Below, piece by piece: positions 10,795 to 25,342 of a DNA stretch of 64,000 nt (position 1 is the first letter of the stretch; each line of letters begins with the position of its first letter). A model generated the notes under the pieces. The model saw only the letters and a list, made by a program, of their open reading frames with translations. It did not search any database and was not told where the DNA came from. The stretch lies in NCBI GenBank assembly GCA_963744035.1, contig CAVURZ010000004.1:653440-717439 (forward strand). The letters are read 5' to 3'. The stretch is from an uncultured Solirubrobacteraceae bacterium. GTDB lineage: Bacteria > Actinomycetota > Thermoleophilia > Solirubrobacterales > Solirubrobacteraceae. The position numbers and the translations under genes are program-made.

Positions 10795-12608
10795 TCAGAC
10801 TGGGCCGCGCAGGGCGCGTGAGGCGATTGCGATCATCGCCCCGAGAACCGCACCCAGCACGGCTCCCCGGGGGCTCGGATGGGCGATCGCGCCGGCCAGG
10901 CCGGAGTCCACCCGAGGCGCGGCGAGCAGCAGCGCAACCGACCAGATCGCGGCGCCCAGGACATCCATCACGGCGCTGCGCCCCCGGACGAAGAAGGGCA
11001 GAAGTGCCGCGCCCAGACCCCAGACGATCGCGCCCGCCAGCACGCCGACGGTCAACAGCGGGCCGATCACATGGCTGGCCGTGCTCTGGAGCGACCCCTC
11101 CCAGACGGCCCGGGCCGGCGTGCCCGGGGGTGAGCCGAGCCACAGCTCGCGCGCAAGGAGCGGCTCGGCCAGCTGCAGCCACCAGTAGCCGATCGCACCG
11201 AGGGCGAAGCGCTGGCGGATGCTGGACGCCTGCCCGGCGATCGCGGGATAGGCGCCGGCGAGGCCGATCAGACCCAGTACGGGGGCCAGGGCGCAGCCCA
11301 GCCAGATCGCGGGAATGCCCCGCCCGTAGGGGCGCGAGGGCATGCGGCGACGGGCAGCAGCGCGGCGAGCACCAGGAGGCCGACGCCGGGGCGACCCGCG
11401 GCGGCCTCCCAGCCGATCAGGAGCACCCCCAGGGCGCACCAGATCATCCGTGGAAGGCCGGGGCCACCGCTCGCCAGCAGGCCGCGCGACGGCGCCTCGG
11501 CGAGGCGCCCGTCGAGTTCCTCCAGGGCGGCTGCGGGATCGGGCGCCCGGCGAGGCACCCGCGGGCCCGGCTGTTCCGGGCGCAGGGCGGGCACACCGCG
11601 GGTCCGGGGGCGGGCGCGGAAGGGCTGTCGGAGCGTGCGCTGCTGGGCGCTGTGCTGCCCGTCGTCGAGGCCGTCCCGCAGGACCGCGCGGAGCTCCTCG
11701 AGGGTTCCCCGGTCATACGGAGCGGGCGCCAGGCCGCGATCCAGATCCCGCTGTCAGCGCCCGCGGAAGGTCGCGGCGGATTCGCCCGAGCGGCTCGAGT
11801 GGCGTGCCGATTCGCCGGGCCGTGGCCGCGGGTGTCGCGCCGCGCACCGGGTTCACGCCGCTGAGCGCCTCGTAGAGCACCAGGGCCAGGGAGTAGAGGT
11901 CGGCCTCCTCGCCGACCTCGTGACCCTCACTCTGCTCAGGGGCCATGTAGGCGAGCGTGCCCAGGACGTCGCCGGTGCGGGTCAGTGCGTCCTCCTCGGC
12001 AAGGCTGGCGCCGCCGAAGTCGGTCAGCTTGGCCGCCGCACGATGCTCGCCGCGCGCCAGGCGCCTCCGGGCGGTGCGGGATGAGGACGTTCTGGGGCTT
12101 GATGTCGCGGTGGATCACGCCGCGGGCGTGGGCGTGCTCGAGCGCGTCGATCAGGGCGAGGCCGATCGCCAGGACCTCCTCGTCCTCGAGCTCGTCCTCG
12201 GCGATCAGGCGGCGCGAGCGTCTCGCCGTCGACGAGCTCGGAGATCAGGTAGAAGGCCTCACCCAGCGGACAGGCCTCGTAGAGGGCGACGATCGCCGGA
12301 TGCGAGAGCCGGGCGCTGGCCTGCGCCTCTCGTGCGGCACGCTCCCCGTCGCCGTCGGGACCGAGCCAGATCCGCTTGACGGCGACTTCCCGGTGCAGCA
12401 GCTCGTCACGGGCACGCCAGACGACGCCAAAGCCCCCCGCGCCCAGGCGTTCGAGCAGCCGATAGCGCTCGAGAACCAGCTTCTCACCCTCGGCGGCGGC
12501 CGGCACCGGGCGGCGCGGACCACGGGTTCTAAACGGCCCGCGACGGGTCGGCTGCTCGGATACCTGCCCCGGCGTGCCTGCTTGGACGAGGGTGTCGTGC
12601 GACTCCAC
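10795..12608 (-). CDS. Ser/Thr kinase with polytopic membrane C-terminus (frameshifted)
   Basis: LGAGGFGVVW, VAVK, HRDIKPQN and MAPEQ..ADLYSL motifs, then several hydrophobic helices; start position is uncertain. Confidence 0.85.
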
Positions 12609-12756
12609 CGGCTCGGGCGTTCGCCGCCCTTGGGCCGGACTCCTGCGCGGCCGAGCACAGAAAGTCCGCTCTGAGCGAGAAGTTGCAGGATCGCGGGGGA
12701 GGGAACCTGCAGTCATACTTGGGCCTTTCCAGGACCCTGCAAAGGAGCAGAGGCTT

Positions 12757-13908
12757 TTGTCGTTCTTCGATGATGGCGAGGACACAGCTCCTCGACCGTC
12801 GGCCAGAGCACCGCGTTCGAACCCGGCCTCGGACCGTCCCTCGACGGGTACTCAGCGCCGGCCGCGCCCGCGCGGCTCCTCCGGCGGCGGTCCCTCGGGG
12901 TATGACAAACACACGCTGATGGTGCGCCGGCGGATCGCCGCGGGCGTCGCGGTGGTGCTGCTGATCATCATCGTTCTGGTCATCAACGGCTGCCTGAAAT
13001 CACAGAAGCAGCAGTCGCTGAAGGACTACAACCATCACGTCTCGGAAATCGCCGGCGAATACGAAACCGTCGTGGCCAAACCGCTTTTCACAGCGCTGAC
13101 CGGCGCCACCGGCAAGCCGGCGCTGAACGTCGAGACCGAGGTCAACCAGCTGCTGCTCGAAGCGCAGAAGCTGAACACCCGGGCACAGGGACTGTCGACG
13201 CCCGGCGAGATGACCGGGGCGCAGCGCTCCCTGCTGATGGGCCTGAGCTTCCGCACCGAAGGGATCACGAAGATCGCAGCCGAACTGCCGGCGGCCCTGG
13301 GCGGGCAGAGCAAACAGGTTGCGCCGAAGATCGCCGGGGCGATGGAGACCTTCCTGACCTCGGACATCATCTACTCGCAGCGCGTGGCGCCCCTGATCCA
13401 GCAGGAACTGAAGGGCAGCGGGATCACTGCGAGCACGTCTCCGTCGAGGTTCCTGCCGAACATCGGCTGGCTTGAAACGAACACGGTCCTGGCCCGGCTC
13501 ACGGGCCAGCCGACGGGCACGGCCAGCTCGACCGGCGTATCGCCGGGCACACACGGCAGCGCGCTGATCAGCACCGCCGTGGGGACCAACACGCTTGAAC
13601 CGGAACCGACGCTCAACCACATCAGCGGCGGCTCCAGCCCGGCCTTCACGGTGACCGTTGAAAACACGGGGACCAACGCGGAGAGCAACGTCAAAGTCGA
13701 CGTCACGGTCACCACGGCCGGCCAGCAGCGCAAAGACTCGCACGTGATCAACTCGACTCAGCCCGGTACGAAGGTCAACGTCGAAATCCCGGTGACCGGT
13801 GTTCCGCTGGGGGTGGCGTCGAAGATCGAAGTGGCTGTCGAGCCGGTGCCGGGCGAGACGAACAGCGAAAACAACAAGAGCAACTACCTGGCGATCTTCT
13901 CGCAGTAG
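12757..13908 (+). CDS. membrane-anchored hypothetical protein with C-terminal CARDB/Ig-like domain
   Basis: TM helix IAAGVAVVLLIIIVLVI, a helical middle region, and C-terminal FTVTVENTG..VEPVPGETNSENN. Confidence 0.7.
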   Translation: MSFFDDGEDTAPRPSARAPRSNPASDRPSTGTQRRPRPRGSSGGGPSGYDKHTLMVRRRIAAGVAVVLLIIIVLVINGCLKSQKQQSLKDYNHHVSEIAGEYETVVAKPLFTALTGATGKPALNVETEVNQLLLEAQKLNTRAQGLSTPGEMTGAQRSLLMGLSFRTEGITKIAAELPAALGGQSKQVAPKIAGAMETFLTSDIIYSQRVAPLIQQELKGSGITASTSPSRFLPNIGWLETNTVLARLTGQPTGTASSTGVSPGTHGSALISTAVGTNTLEPEPTLNHISGGSSPAFTVTVENTGTNAESNVKVDVTVTTAGQQRKDSHVINSTQPGTKVNVEIPVTGVPLGVASKIEVAVEPVPGETNSENNKSNYLAIFSQ

Positions 13909-13930
13909 CCGCGGCGCCAGCGGCTAACTT

Positions 13931-14467
13931 GTGGCGATGGCCGCGGCGATCACCGACACCCAGGGAATCATCGCGATCGCCGCCGCTGCCGTGGCCGTCG
14001 TTGCTCTGCTCTGCTGCGGGTTCCTGGCGCTCAGTGTCAGGCGGCTGCGGCGGGCACAGCGCGTTGTGATGGGCGAGGCGGCCGAGCAGGACCTGATCAT
14101 GCACGCGGCCACGATGCAGGAAGCATTCGAAGCGCTGCGCGAGTACGTCGAGGAGACGGCGATTCGCCTGGACGGACGGCTGGCCGCGGTGGAGAGCACC
14201 CTGCGCGGCACCATCGCGCACCGTTCGTTGGTTCGTTACGACGCCTACAACGAGCTTTCCGGGCGGCAGTCCATGTCGATCGCGCTGCTCGACGAGGAAC
14301 GCTCGGGAATCGTGCTGTCCTGCATCCACCACCGCGATCAGGCCCGGGTCTACGGCAAGCGGGTTCAGTCGGGGCGCGGTGAACTCGAGCTCTCCCCGGA
14401 GGAGGCCGAAGCGGTGAAGCTGGCGCTGGCCGGGCAGCCCGTAGCGGCCGGCGATGAGCGCTCCTGA
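13931..14467 (+). CDS. DUF4446 family protein
   Basis: N-terminal TM helix and VRYDAYNELSGRQSMSIALLD..GIVLS..R.YGK..LSPEE pattern. Confidence 0.82.
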   Translation: MAMAAAITDTQGIIAIAAAAVAVVALLCCGFLALSVRRLRRAQRVVMGEAAEQDLIMHAATMQEAFEALREYVEETAIRLDGRLAAVESTLRGTIAHRSLVRYDAYNELSGRQSMSIALLDEERSGIVLSCIHHRDQARVYGKRVQSGRGELELSPEEAEAVKLALAGQPVAAGDERS

Positions 14468-15353
14468 GCCGGAGCCCGGCGTCGGGCGCGTCGGCTATCT
14501 GGGACCCGCGGGGACTTTCAGCGAGGAGGCCCTGCTGGCCAGCGCCCAGAGCGGGAGGGTGCGCCCGTTGGCGTTCGCGAGCATCTATGAGGCCGTCACG
14601 GCGCTGCGGGAGGGTGCGCTCGAGTGGGCGATCGTGCCGATCGAGAACTCGCTGGAGGGCTCGATCAACGTGACCCTGGACCTCTTGGCCGGGGAGGCCT
14701 CAGATGTGCGAATCGTCGGGGAGGCGATCCTCCGGGTCCGCCACGCCCTGATCGCCGCGCAGGACACCGGCCTCGGGGAGATCGAGAAGGTCCTGTCGCA
14801 CCCGCAGGTACCGGGCCAGTGCACGCGTTTTCTGCGCGGCGAGCTGGCGGGCGCGGAGATCCTCCCGGCGAGCTCCACGGCGGAGGCGGTGCGAATCGTC
14901 GTGGCCGACGGCGGGCGCAGCACGGCAGCGCTTGGAACCGAGCTTGCAGCCGAGATCTACGGGGCCGTTGTGCTGCGCCGCGGCGTCGAGGACCGCGACG
15001 ACAACCAGACCCGCTTCGTCTGGCTCGCCCGCCGGGACGGGGCCGGCGAGGACCCCCCGATAGAGGCGCCTGAGGCGGGCGCGTGGAAGTGCTCGATCGT
15101 CTTCTGGGGCTCGGGGGCCGAGCGTCCGGGGTGGCTGGTGCGCTGCCTGGGCGAGTTCGCGGCGCGGGATATCAATCTGACGAAGATCGAGTCCCGGCCG
15201 CGGCGGACACAGATGGGCACCTACATGTTCTTCGCCGAGGTGCTCGGCCGGGAGGACGAGGGTCCCGTGGCCGATGCCCTTGCCGGACTGGGCGGGCTGT
15301 GCGAACACGTCGGCGTGCTCGGGTCCTACCGGGCGGCCGGCGCGCCGGCCTGA
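14454..15353 (+). CDS. pheA: prephenate dehydratase
   Basis: YLGPAGTFSE, VPIENSLEG, SHPQ, NQTRF and INLTKIESRP motifs. Confidence 0.95.
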   Translation: MSAPEPEPGVGRVGYLGPAGTFSEEALLASAQSGRVRPLAFASIYEAVTALREGALEWAIVPIENSLEGSINVTLDLLAGEASDVRIVGEAILRVRHALIAAQDTGLGEIEKVLSHPQVPGQCTRFLRGELAGAEILPASSTAEAVRIVVADGGRSTAALGTELAAEIYGAVVLRRGVEDRDDNQTRFVWLARRDGAGEDPPIEAPEAGAWKCSIVFWGSGAERPGWLVRCLGEFAARDINLTKIESRPRRTQMGTYMFFAEVLGREDEGPVADALAGLGGLCEHVGVLGSYRAAGAPA

Positions 15354-15408
15354 GCCGAGCGCCTTTGGGGGCTGTGCGGGGTCCTCGCCCGCTACACTGC
15401 CCGCGAAC

Positions 15409-16005
15409 ATGGAGAGCGCTGTCCCACCAGAGCCGGTGGGGTCCGTGACGCCTTCAGAGCACCAGCGGCACGGACCTGTCTCGTCGCCCACCGGGGCGAT
15501 GGGTGGTCGGGTGCTTGTTCTCAATGCGACGTTCGAGCCGATCAACGTCTGCACGGTTCGCAGGGCGATCGTGTTGCTGCTGAAGGAGAAGGCCGAGCTG
15601 CTGGAGCGCGGCATCTCCGAGCTGCACTCCGAGAGCTCGACGGTCGCGCGGCCTGTGGTCATCAGGCTGATGACCTATGTGAAGGTCCCGCGGGATGCCC
15701 ATCGCCGCAAGATCACCCGCCGGGCTGTCTTTGCGCGGGACAGCTGGACCTGCCAGTACTGCGGCTCGCGGTCGAACCTCACGGTCGACCACGTGATCCC
15801 GCGGTCGAAGGGGGGCTCCTCGACCTGGGAGAACATCGTCGCCTCGTGTGCGCCCTGCAACCGGCGCAAGGCCGACCGGCTGCCGCGCCAGGCGGGAATG
15901 CATCCCCGCCATGTCCCCAGGACACCGCGGGCGGAGATCTTCATCCACGTCGCCAGCCCGACGATCCCGGCGGCCTGGCTGCAGTACCTGCCCCAGGCCG
16001 CCTGA
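15409..16005 (+). CDS. HNH endonuclease (McrA-like, actinobacterial type)
   Basis: VLVLNATFEP, RRAVFARD..CQYCG, TVDHVIPRSKGG and ENIVASCAPCN motifs; alternative start at 15499. Confidence 0.9.
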   Translation: MESAVPPEPVGSVTPSEHQRHGPVSSPTGAMGGRVLVLNATFEPINVCTVRRAIVLLLKEKAELLERGISELHSESSTVARPVVIRLMTYVKVPRDAHRRKITRRAVFARDSWTCQYCGSRSNLTVDHVIPRSKGGSSTWENIVASCAPCNRRKADRLPRQAGMHPRHVPRTPRAEIFIHVASPTIPAAWLQYLPQAA

Positions 16006-16056
16006 GCCCCGAGCCAAGGCCCTACGCGGCCTGATGACAGCGCGGCCTCGTTAACT

Positions 16057-16090
16057 GGCGAAGGGCGCCTGTGCAACGGCGCCCTTCGCC
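16057..16090. terminator. 13-bp perfect GC hairpin, probable bidirectional terminator
   Basis: GGCGAAGGGCGCC-tgtgcaac-GGCGCCCTTCGCC lies between converging transcription units. Confidence 0.7.
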
Positions 16091-16206
16091 TCACTGCTCT
16101 GACTGGAAAGACCGAGAGCGGCTGAACTGCAGCCGGAGGGACCAGGACCGGCGGCCGTCTCGGGGTGTCCCGGGTTGGATTCCGCTACGCGGACCAGCCT
16201 CCCGAC

Positions 16207-16251
16207 CTAGCGGCCGGTCACCTCCAGGGTCCCGAAAGTACTGTCACTCAA
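16207..16251 (-). CDS. putative 14-aa peptide MSDSTFGTLEVTGR
   Basis: TTG start lies 11 nt downstream of AGAAAGGAGG; TAG stop at 16207-16209. Confidence 0.35.
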   Translation of the reverse strand: MSDSTFGTLEVTGR

Positions 16252-16351
16252 CGTTTGGACCACCTCCTTTCTCTGGTCCGGCCAGGGTAGCGAATGGAGA
16301 TGACAAGGACGGGGTTTCGCGCGAGGAAAACGCGAACAGGCCCGGCTGAGC

Positions 16352-17194
16352 TCAGTGGATGATGACGCCGAACTCCTGCGCGTAGCTCGCCCCGGGGTTG
16401 CCGCCGCCGAGCGCCACGGGGACCGAGGGGACGATTCCGATCCCGGTTTCCTTGTACTGAGTTTCAAGGATGTTCGCGAGGTGCCCGGGCGATGCGACCC
16501 ACGCCGAGACGATCGACTGCGGGGTCGCCAGGCTGTACGTGCCCCAGGCCAGGTTCTCGCCGATCACGTAGCCGACGGACGGCCCGGGGATGTAGCCCGT
16601 GCGACGGATTCTGTCGACCGGGGTTTCCCCGTCGGGGGCCACGTGGGCGAAGTAGTCGGCGGAGATCAGTTCCGCGCAGTGGCCTTCGGCGGCGGCTTCG
16701 AGGCGCTGGTTGACGGCCAGGGGGTCGAGGCCGTGTTCCGCGCGGATGCGGTTGATCAGACAGAGCACCGACGTACGCACGAGCGGGATGTTTTCGGCGC
16801 TCGGCATCAGTTCGGTGTTGGCGCAGGGGGTTGCAAGGACGCCGGCGATGACCGCTGCCGTCAGCTGCGCGGGCGTCCGGCGCGCCGGCGCAGCGGGCGT
16901 CGGGTCGGCCGGCGCAGCGGTCTTCAGCTTTGCGGCGCGGGGGGTCCTGGCTGGGGTGGCAGACGTCCCGCCGGTGTCGGCGCCGCACTGCTCGCGGCGT
17001 CGGCAGGCCTTGCCTGCGTGAGTGTCGGACTGACGCTGCCCGGCGTGCTCGGAGGTCTTCCTGTGCGCCTGGCGGGCCACATGGCGGGAGCGCACGCTGG
17101 TGTGGGCTGCGGCAGGCCCCGCCGTGCTCAGCGCCGAGCAGAGCAGGCCTGCTGTGAGGAGGCCTGCGATCAGTTGGCGGGGGGAGCGTTTCAC
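16352..17194 (-). CDS. secreted CAP (SCP/PR-1) domain protein
   Basis: Signal peptide; CLINRIRAEHGL, YFAH, GENLAWG and WVASPGHLANIL motifs. Confidence 0.9.
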   Translation of the reverse strand: MKRSPRQLIAGLLTAGLLCSALSTAGPAAAHTSVRSRHVARQAHRKTSEHAGQRQSDTHAGKACRRREQCGADTGGTSATPARTPRAAKLKTAAPADPTPAAPARRTPAQLTAAVIAGVLATPCANTELMPSAENIPLVRTSVLCLINRIRAEHGLDPLAVNQRLEAAAEGHCAELISADYFAHVAPDGETPVDRIRRTGYIPGPSVGYVIGENLAWGTYSLATPQSIVSAWVASPGHLANILETQYKETGIGIVPSVPVALGGGNPGASYAQEFGVIIH

Positions 17195-17294
17195 CCCCTC
17201 GCTGTCGGACGAGGCCGTCCTCTATCTGAGCCTCAGTTGGGAATCTGGACGGGTAGGACGACCCGGCTCGCCGCCTGGGAAGAACCTTGCGGCG

Positions 17295-19831
<2,537 letters not shown>

Positions 19832-19844
19832 GTCTCACCTCCCT

Positions 19845-22359
<2,515 letters not shown>

Positions 22360-22725
22360 TGGACCCTCCGGTGACGTGAAAAAGCCCCGGATTCCGGGGC
22401 GCAAGGACCACGGCTGGGGCGAATTGGATACCTCCGAGAGGATAGCACTTTGGGGGGTCGCTTTACCGCGCCGGACGCCCTCGAATCGCCTGCAAAATTC
22501 CCGAAAACGCGGGGATCCTGTCGATGCGGGCCCCGGCGCGAGGAGCATCGCGCGAGGCTCCCGGCCGAGGACGGGGCTGTCCCGGACCGAGAGCTGTACG
22601 CGTCACCGTGATTCCGGACCTGGAGGGGTGTGGGAACCATGGTGGCCGGCCGGCCACGAATGGCGGACGACCACCCCACAAGTGTCCATCCTTGGTGCGG
22701 CCGGCACCAGAGGATCATGTTGGCA

Positions 22726-22750
22726 GGAGGGGGAACCCCAGGTTCCCTCC
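22726..22750. terminator. GC hairpin downstream of the DUF721 gene
   Basis: GGAGGGGGAACC-CCA-GGTTCCCTCC imperfect inverted repeat. Confidence 0.4.
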
Positions 22751-22759
22751 CTTTCGGCG

Positions 22760-23054
22760 TCACCCCGTGCGACAGCGCAGCCGGGGGATCGCATCCGTCG
22801 CCCAGTTCGCGCGTTGAACCGGGCGATCAGCTCGTCGGCCATCAGTTCCAGCTCCTGCGCCCAGACCGCCGCCTCGCAGACCACCGTCAGCACGCCGGCG
22901 CGCTCGGACGACAGGCCGTGCATGCGGCCGCGATCGCCGGTCCGGCAGCCGTCTCCCAGACCTCCTGAACGCGGGCGAGCGTCGTCGCCGGCGCCAGCGC
23001 CGAGGTCAGCTCGGCAAGCGCCGTGGAGATCGCTCTCGGCGCGTAGCGGCTCAT
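22760..23054 (-). CDS. DUF721 / DciA family protein (frameshifted)
   Basis: LARVQEVWETAAGPAIA..GVLTVVCEAAVWAQELELM; canonical position between recF and gyrB. Confidence 0.85.
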
Positions 23055-24172
23055 GCCGCCATCGCCTCCTGCAGGATCGTCCCGGTGGAGATGCGAAGCC
23101 GCGTGACCGAGGCATCGCTCGCGCCGGGCACGTGGCCGAGGTCGGTCGTCGCGATCACGCTCTGCCCGCCTGACTGAGAGCTCCTCGGCGAGCAGCCGGC
23201 GGCGCTCCGCGTCGAGCTCGCTCATCACGTCGTCGAGCAGCATCAGCGGGGTATGGCCTCGTTCGCCGGCGAGCAGCGCGCGCTCGGCCAGGAGCAGGCC
23301 GAGCAGCGCCAGGCGCTGTTCGCCCTGCGATCCGTAGACGCGCAGCTCGCGGCCGTCGCGTAGCAGCGCCAGCTCGTCGCGATGCGGGCCGTAGCCGGTG
23401 AAGCCGCGCTCGAGGTCCGTCTGCAGGCGGGCCTGCAGCTCCACAAGGAAGCCCTCCTCGTCGTCCGCCCGGGAGCGTGGCCGGTACTCGAGCGTCACAC
23501 GGCCGTTGCATCCCAGCTGCTCGGCGCGACGGGCGAAAGGGTCAGCCAAGCAGCTCCACGGCCTGGGCCCGCTGGGCCATCAGGGCAAGGCCCTTGATCG
23601 CCAGCTCACGGTCCCAGGTCGCGAGTGCCGCGTCACCCGCGCGGCCCGCGCGGATCCGCGCGAGCAGGGCATTGCGCTGGGCCAGCACCTGCGAGTACTC
23701 CCGACGGATCCCCACGCGGGCGGGCCACAGCGCGGCCAGCACCTGGTCGAGATGGGCACGGCGCAGCGCCGGAGCGCCCTTGAGCAGGTCCAGGCGGTCC
23801 GGGAGGAAGACGCTGATCAGCGGCCTGACCGGAAGATCCAGAAGCCGCTCGACGGGCGCCCCGTCGCACCACATCCGCTTGACCGCAACCTCGCCCGGCG
23901 CCGGCGAGCTGTAGCCGACCGCCAGCTCGTGCTCCTGGCCGTCGTCGAGCAGGCTTGACCGTGACGCGCGTCGCCTTGGCCCCGAAGGACACCAGCTCGC
24001 GATCGTTGCGGGTCCGCGGTGAGCGTCCGGTGCATCCGAAGTACAGCGCCTCGAGCAGGTTCGACTTGCCCGCCCCGTTGGACCCGTGGACGACCGTCAG
24101 GCCGCTGCCGAGCCGAGCCGTCGCCCGCGAGTAGGTGCGGAAGTCGCGCATCTCCACACCGGTGACGAGCAT
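23051..24172 (-). CDS. recF: DNA replication/repair protein RecF (frameshifted)
   Basis: GSNGAGKSNLLEA, GPHRDEL, GSQGEQR and LLDDVMSELD motifs. Confidence 0.95.
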
Positions 24173-24230
24173 CTCATTTCACCTGTGTGCTTCGCGCGAA
24201 CCCCACCTGAGCCGAGCGCCGGCCATCAGT

Positions 24231-25342
24231 TCAGACGTTCAAACGGATCGGCATGATCAGGTAGACGAAATCCCCGGTGTCGGGTGATTCGATCAGCCCC
24301 GGGCGCAGCGGGCTGATCAGCTTGAGGACCAGCTCGTCCGAGTCGATGCTCTCAAGCCCGTCGCGCAGGAACTCCGGGTTGAAGCCGATCTCGAACGGCT
24401 CGCCCTGGTACGGGACGGGGATCGCCTCGCTCGCCTCGCCGACATCGGGCGTCTGCGCCGACACCGACAGGGTCCCCTCGCTGAAGCTCAGCCGCAGCGG
24501 CGCGTTCTTCTGCGCCAGCAGGCTGATCCGGCGCACGACATCCGTGACCTCCGTGCTCGCCAACCGCAGTTCGTGCTCGACACTCTCGGGCAGCAGCTGG
24601 CGGTAGTTGGGGAACTGGCCGTCGATCAGGCGCGAGGACAGGACGATCTCTCCCAGCTCGAACACCACCTGGTTCTGCCCGACGCTGACCGCGAGCGTCT
24701 CCGCCGGAGTCTGCTGGGCGATCCGCATCAGCTCCTGCAGCGCGCGCGCCGGCACGTTGGCCTCCAGCGTCCCCACCAGCGGCGTCTCGAGCGCCGTCTC
24801 CTTGACGCTCAACCGGTAGGAGTCGGTGGCGACCATCCGCAGCTCCTGCCCCGATGCCGACATCAGGATCCCCGTCAGGACCGGGCGGGTCTCATCACGC
24901 GAGGCCGAGCGGGCGACTCGCGCGATCGTCTCCACGAAAGCGGCACCCGGCAGCGTCACGCGGGTCTCCGGCGAGGGCATCGGCAGAGCCGGGAAGTCCT
25001 CCGCCCGAAGCGTCCGCAGATGGAAGGTGGTCGCACCGCAGATCAGCTCGACGTCCTGCTCGGCCGTCCGCAGCTCCATCGTCAGCGGGGCGCTCGGCAG
25101 CGAGCGGGCGACGTCGAGCAGCAGCCGCGCCGGCAGCACGGCCACGCCGGGCCGGGCGACCTCGGCGTCCAGCGGCATCCGCAGGCCGATCTCCATATCC
25201 GTGGCGAGAAGCTCCGGACGGCCTCTGCGGGCGCCGAGATCATCACGCCCGACAGGGCCTGCACGGCGCTGCGTGTCGAGGCGACGCGTGTCGCCGTCTG
25301 CAGCTGCGTCAGCAGCTCGGCGGAGGAAAGGGAAAGCTTCAT
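24231..25342 (-). CDS. dnaN: DNA polymerase III beta clamp (frameshift near 25215)
   Basis: ATDMEIG, RPVLTG, VATDSYRL, LIDGQFPNY and C-terminal LIMPIR motifs. Confidence 0.96.

Larger units (their letters stand above)
16057..16290 (-). ncRNA. candidate structured RNA / small-ORF transcript of unknown family
   Basis: Multiple nested stems, an extended SD/anti-SD sequence in a hairpin loop and a terminal hairpin; see findings. Confidence 0.45.

Noticed and set aside
15409-16005. HNH gene as an IscB/Cas9-like RNA-guided nuclease or homing endonuclease
   Set aside because: It is under 200 aa, has no RuvC or PLMP motifs, and has no flanking repeats or intron; it matches the common standalone actinobacterial McrA-like HNH.
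16256-16272. 16S rRNA gene fragment
   Set aside because: The similarity is limited to 17 nt; the upstream 16S helix 45 sequence (GTAACAAGGTAGCCGT) is absent.
17195-17294. c-di-AMP or c-di-GMP riboswitch upstream of the CAP gene
   Set aside because: Hallmark motifs (GCCGAAT/GGGGTGAAT..GTCAGCTAAC, or GCAAA..GGG) are not present in the right arrangement, and the region is short.
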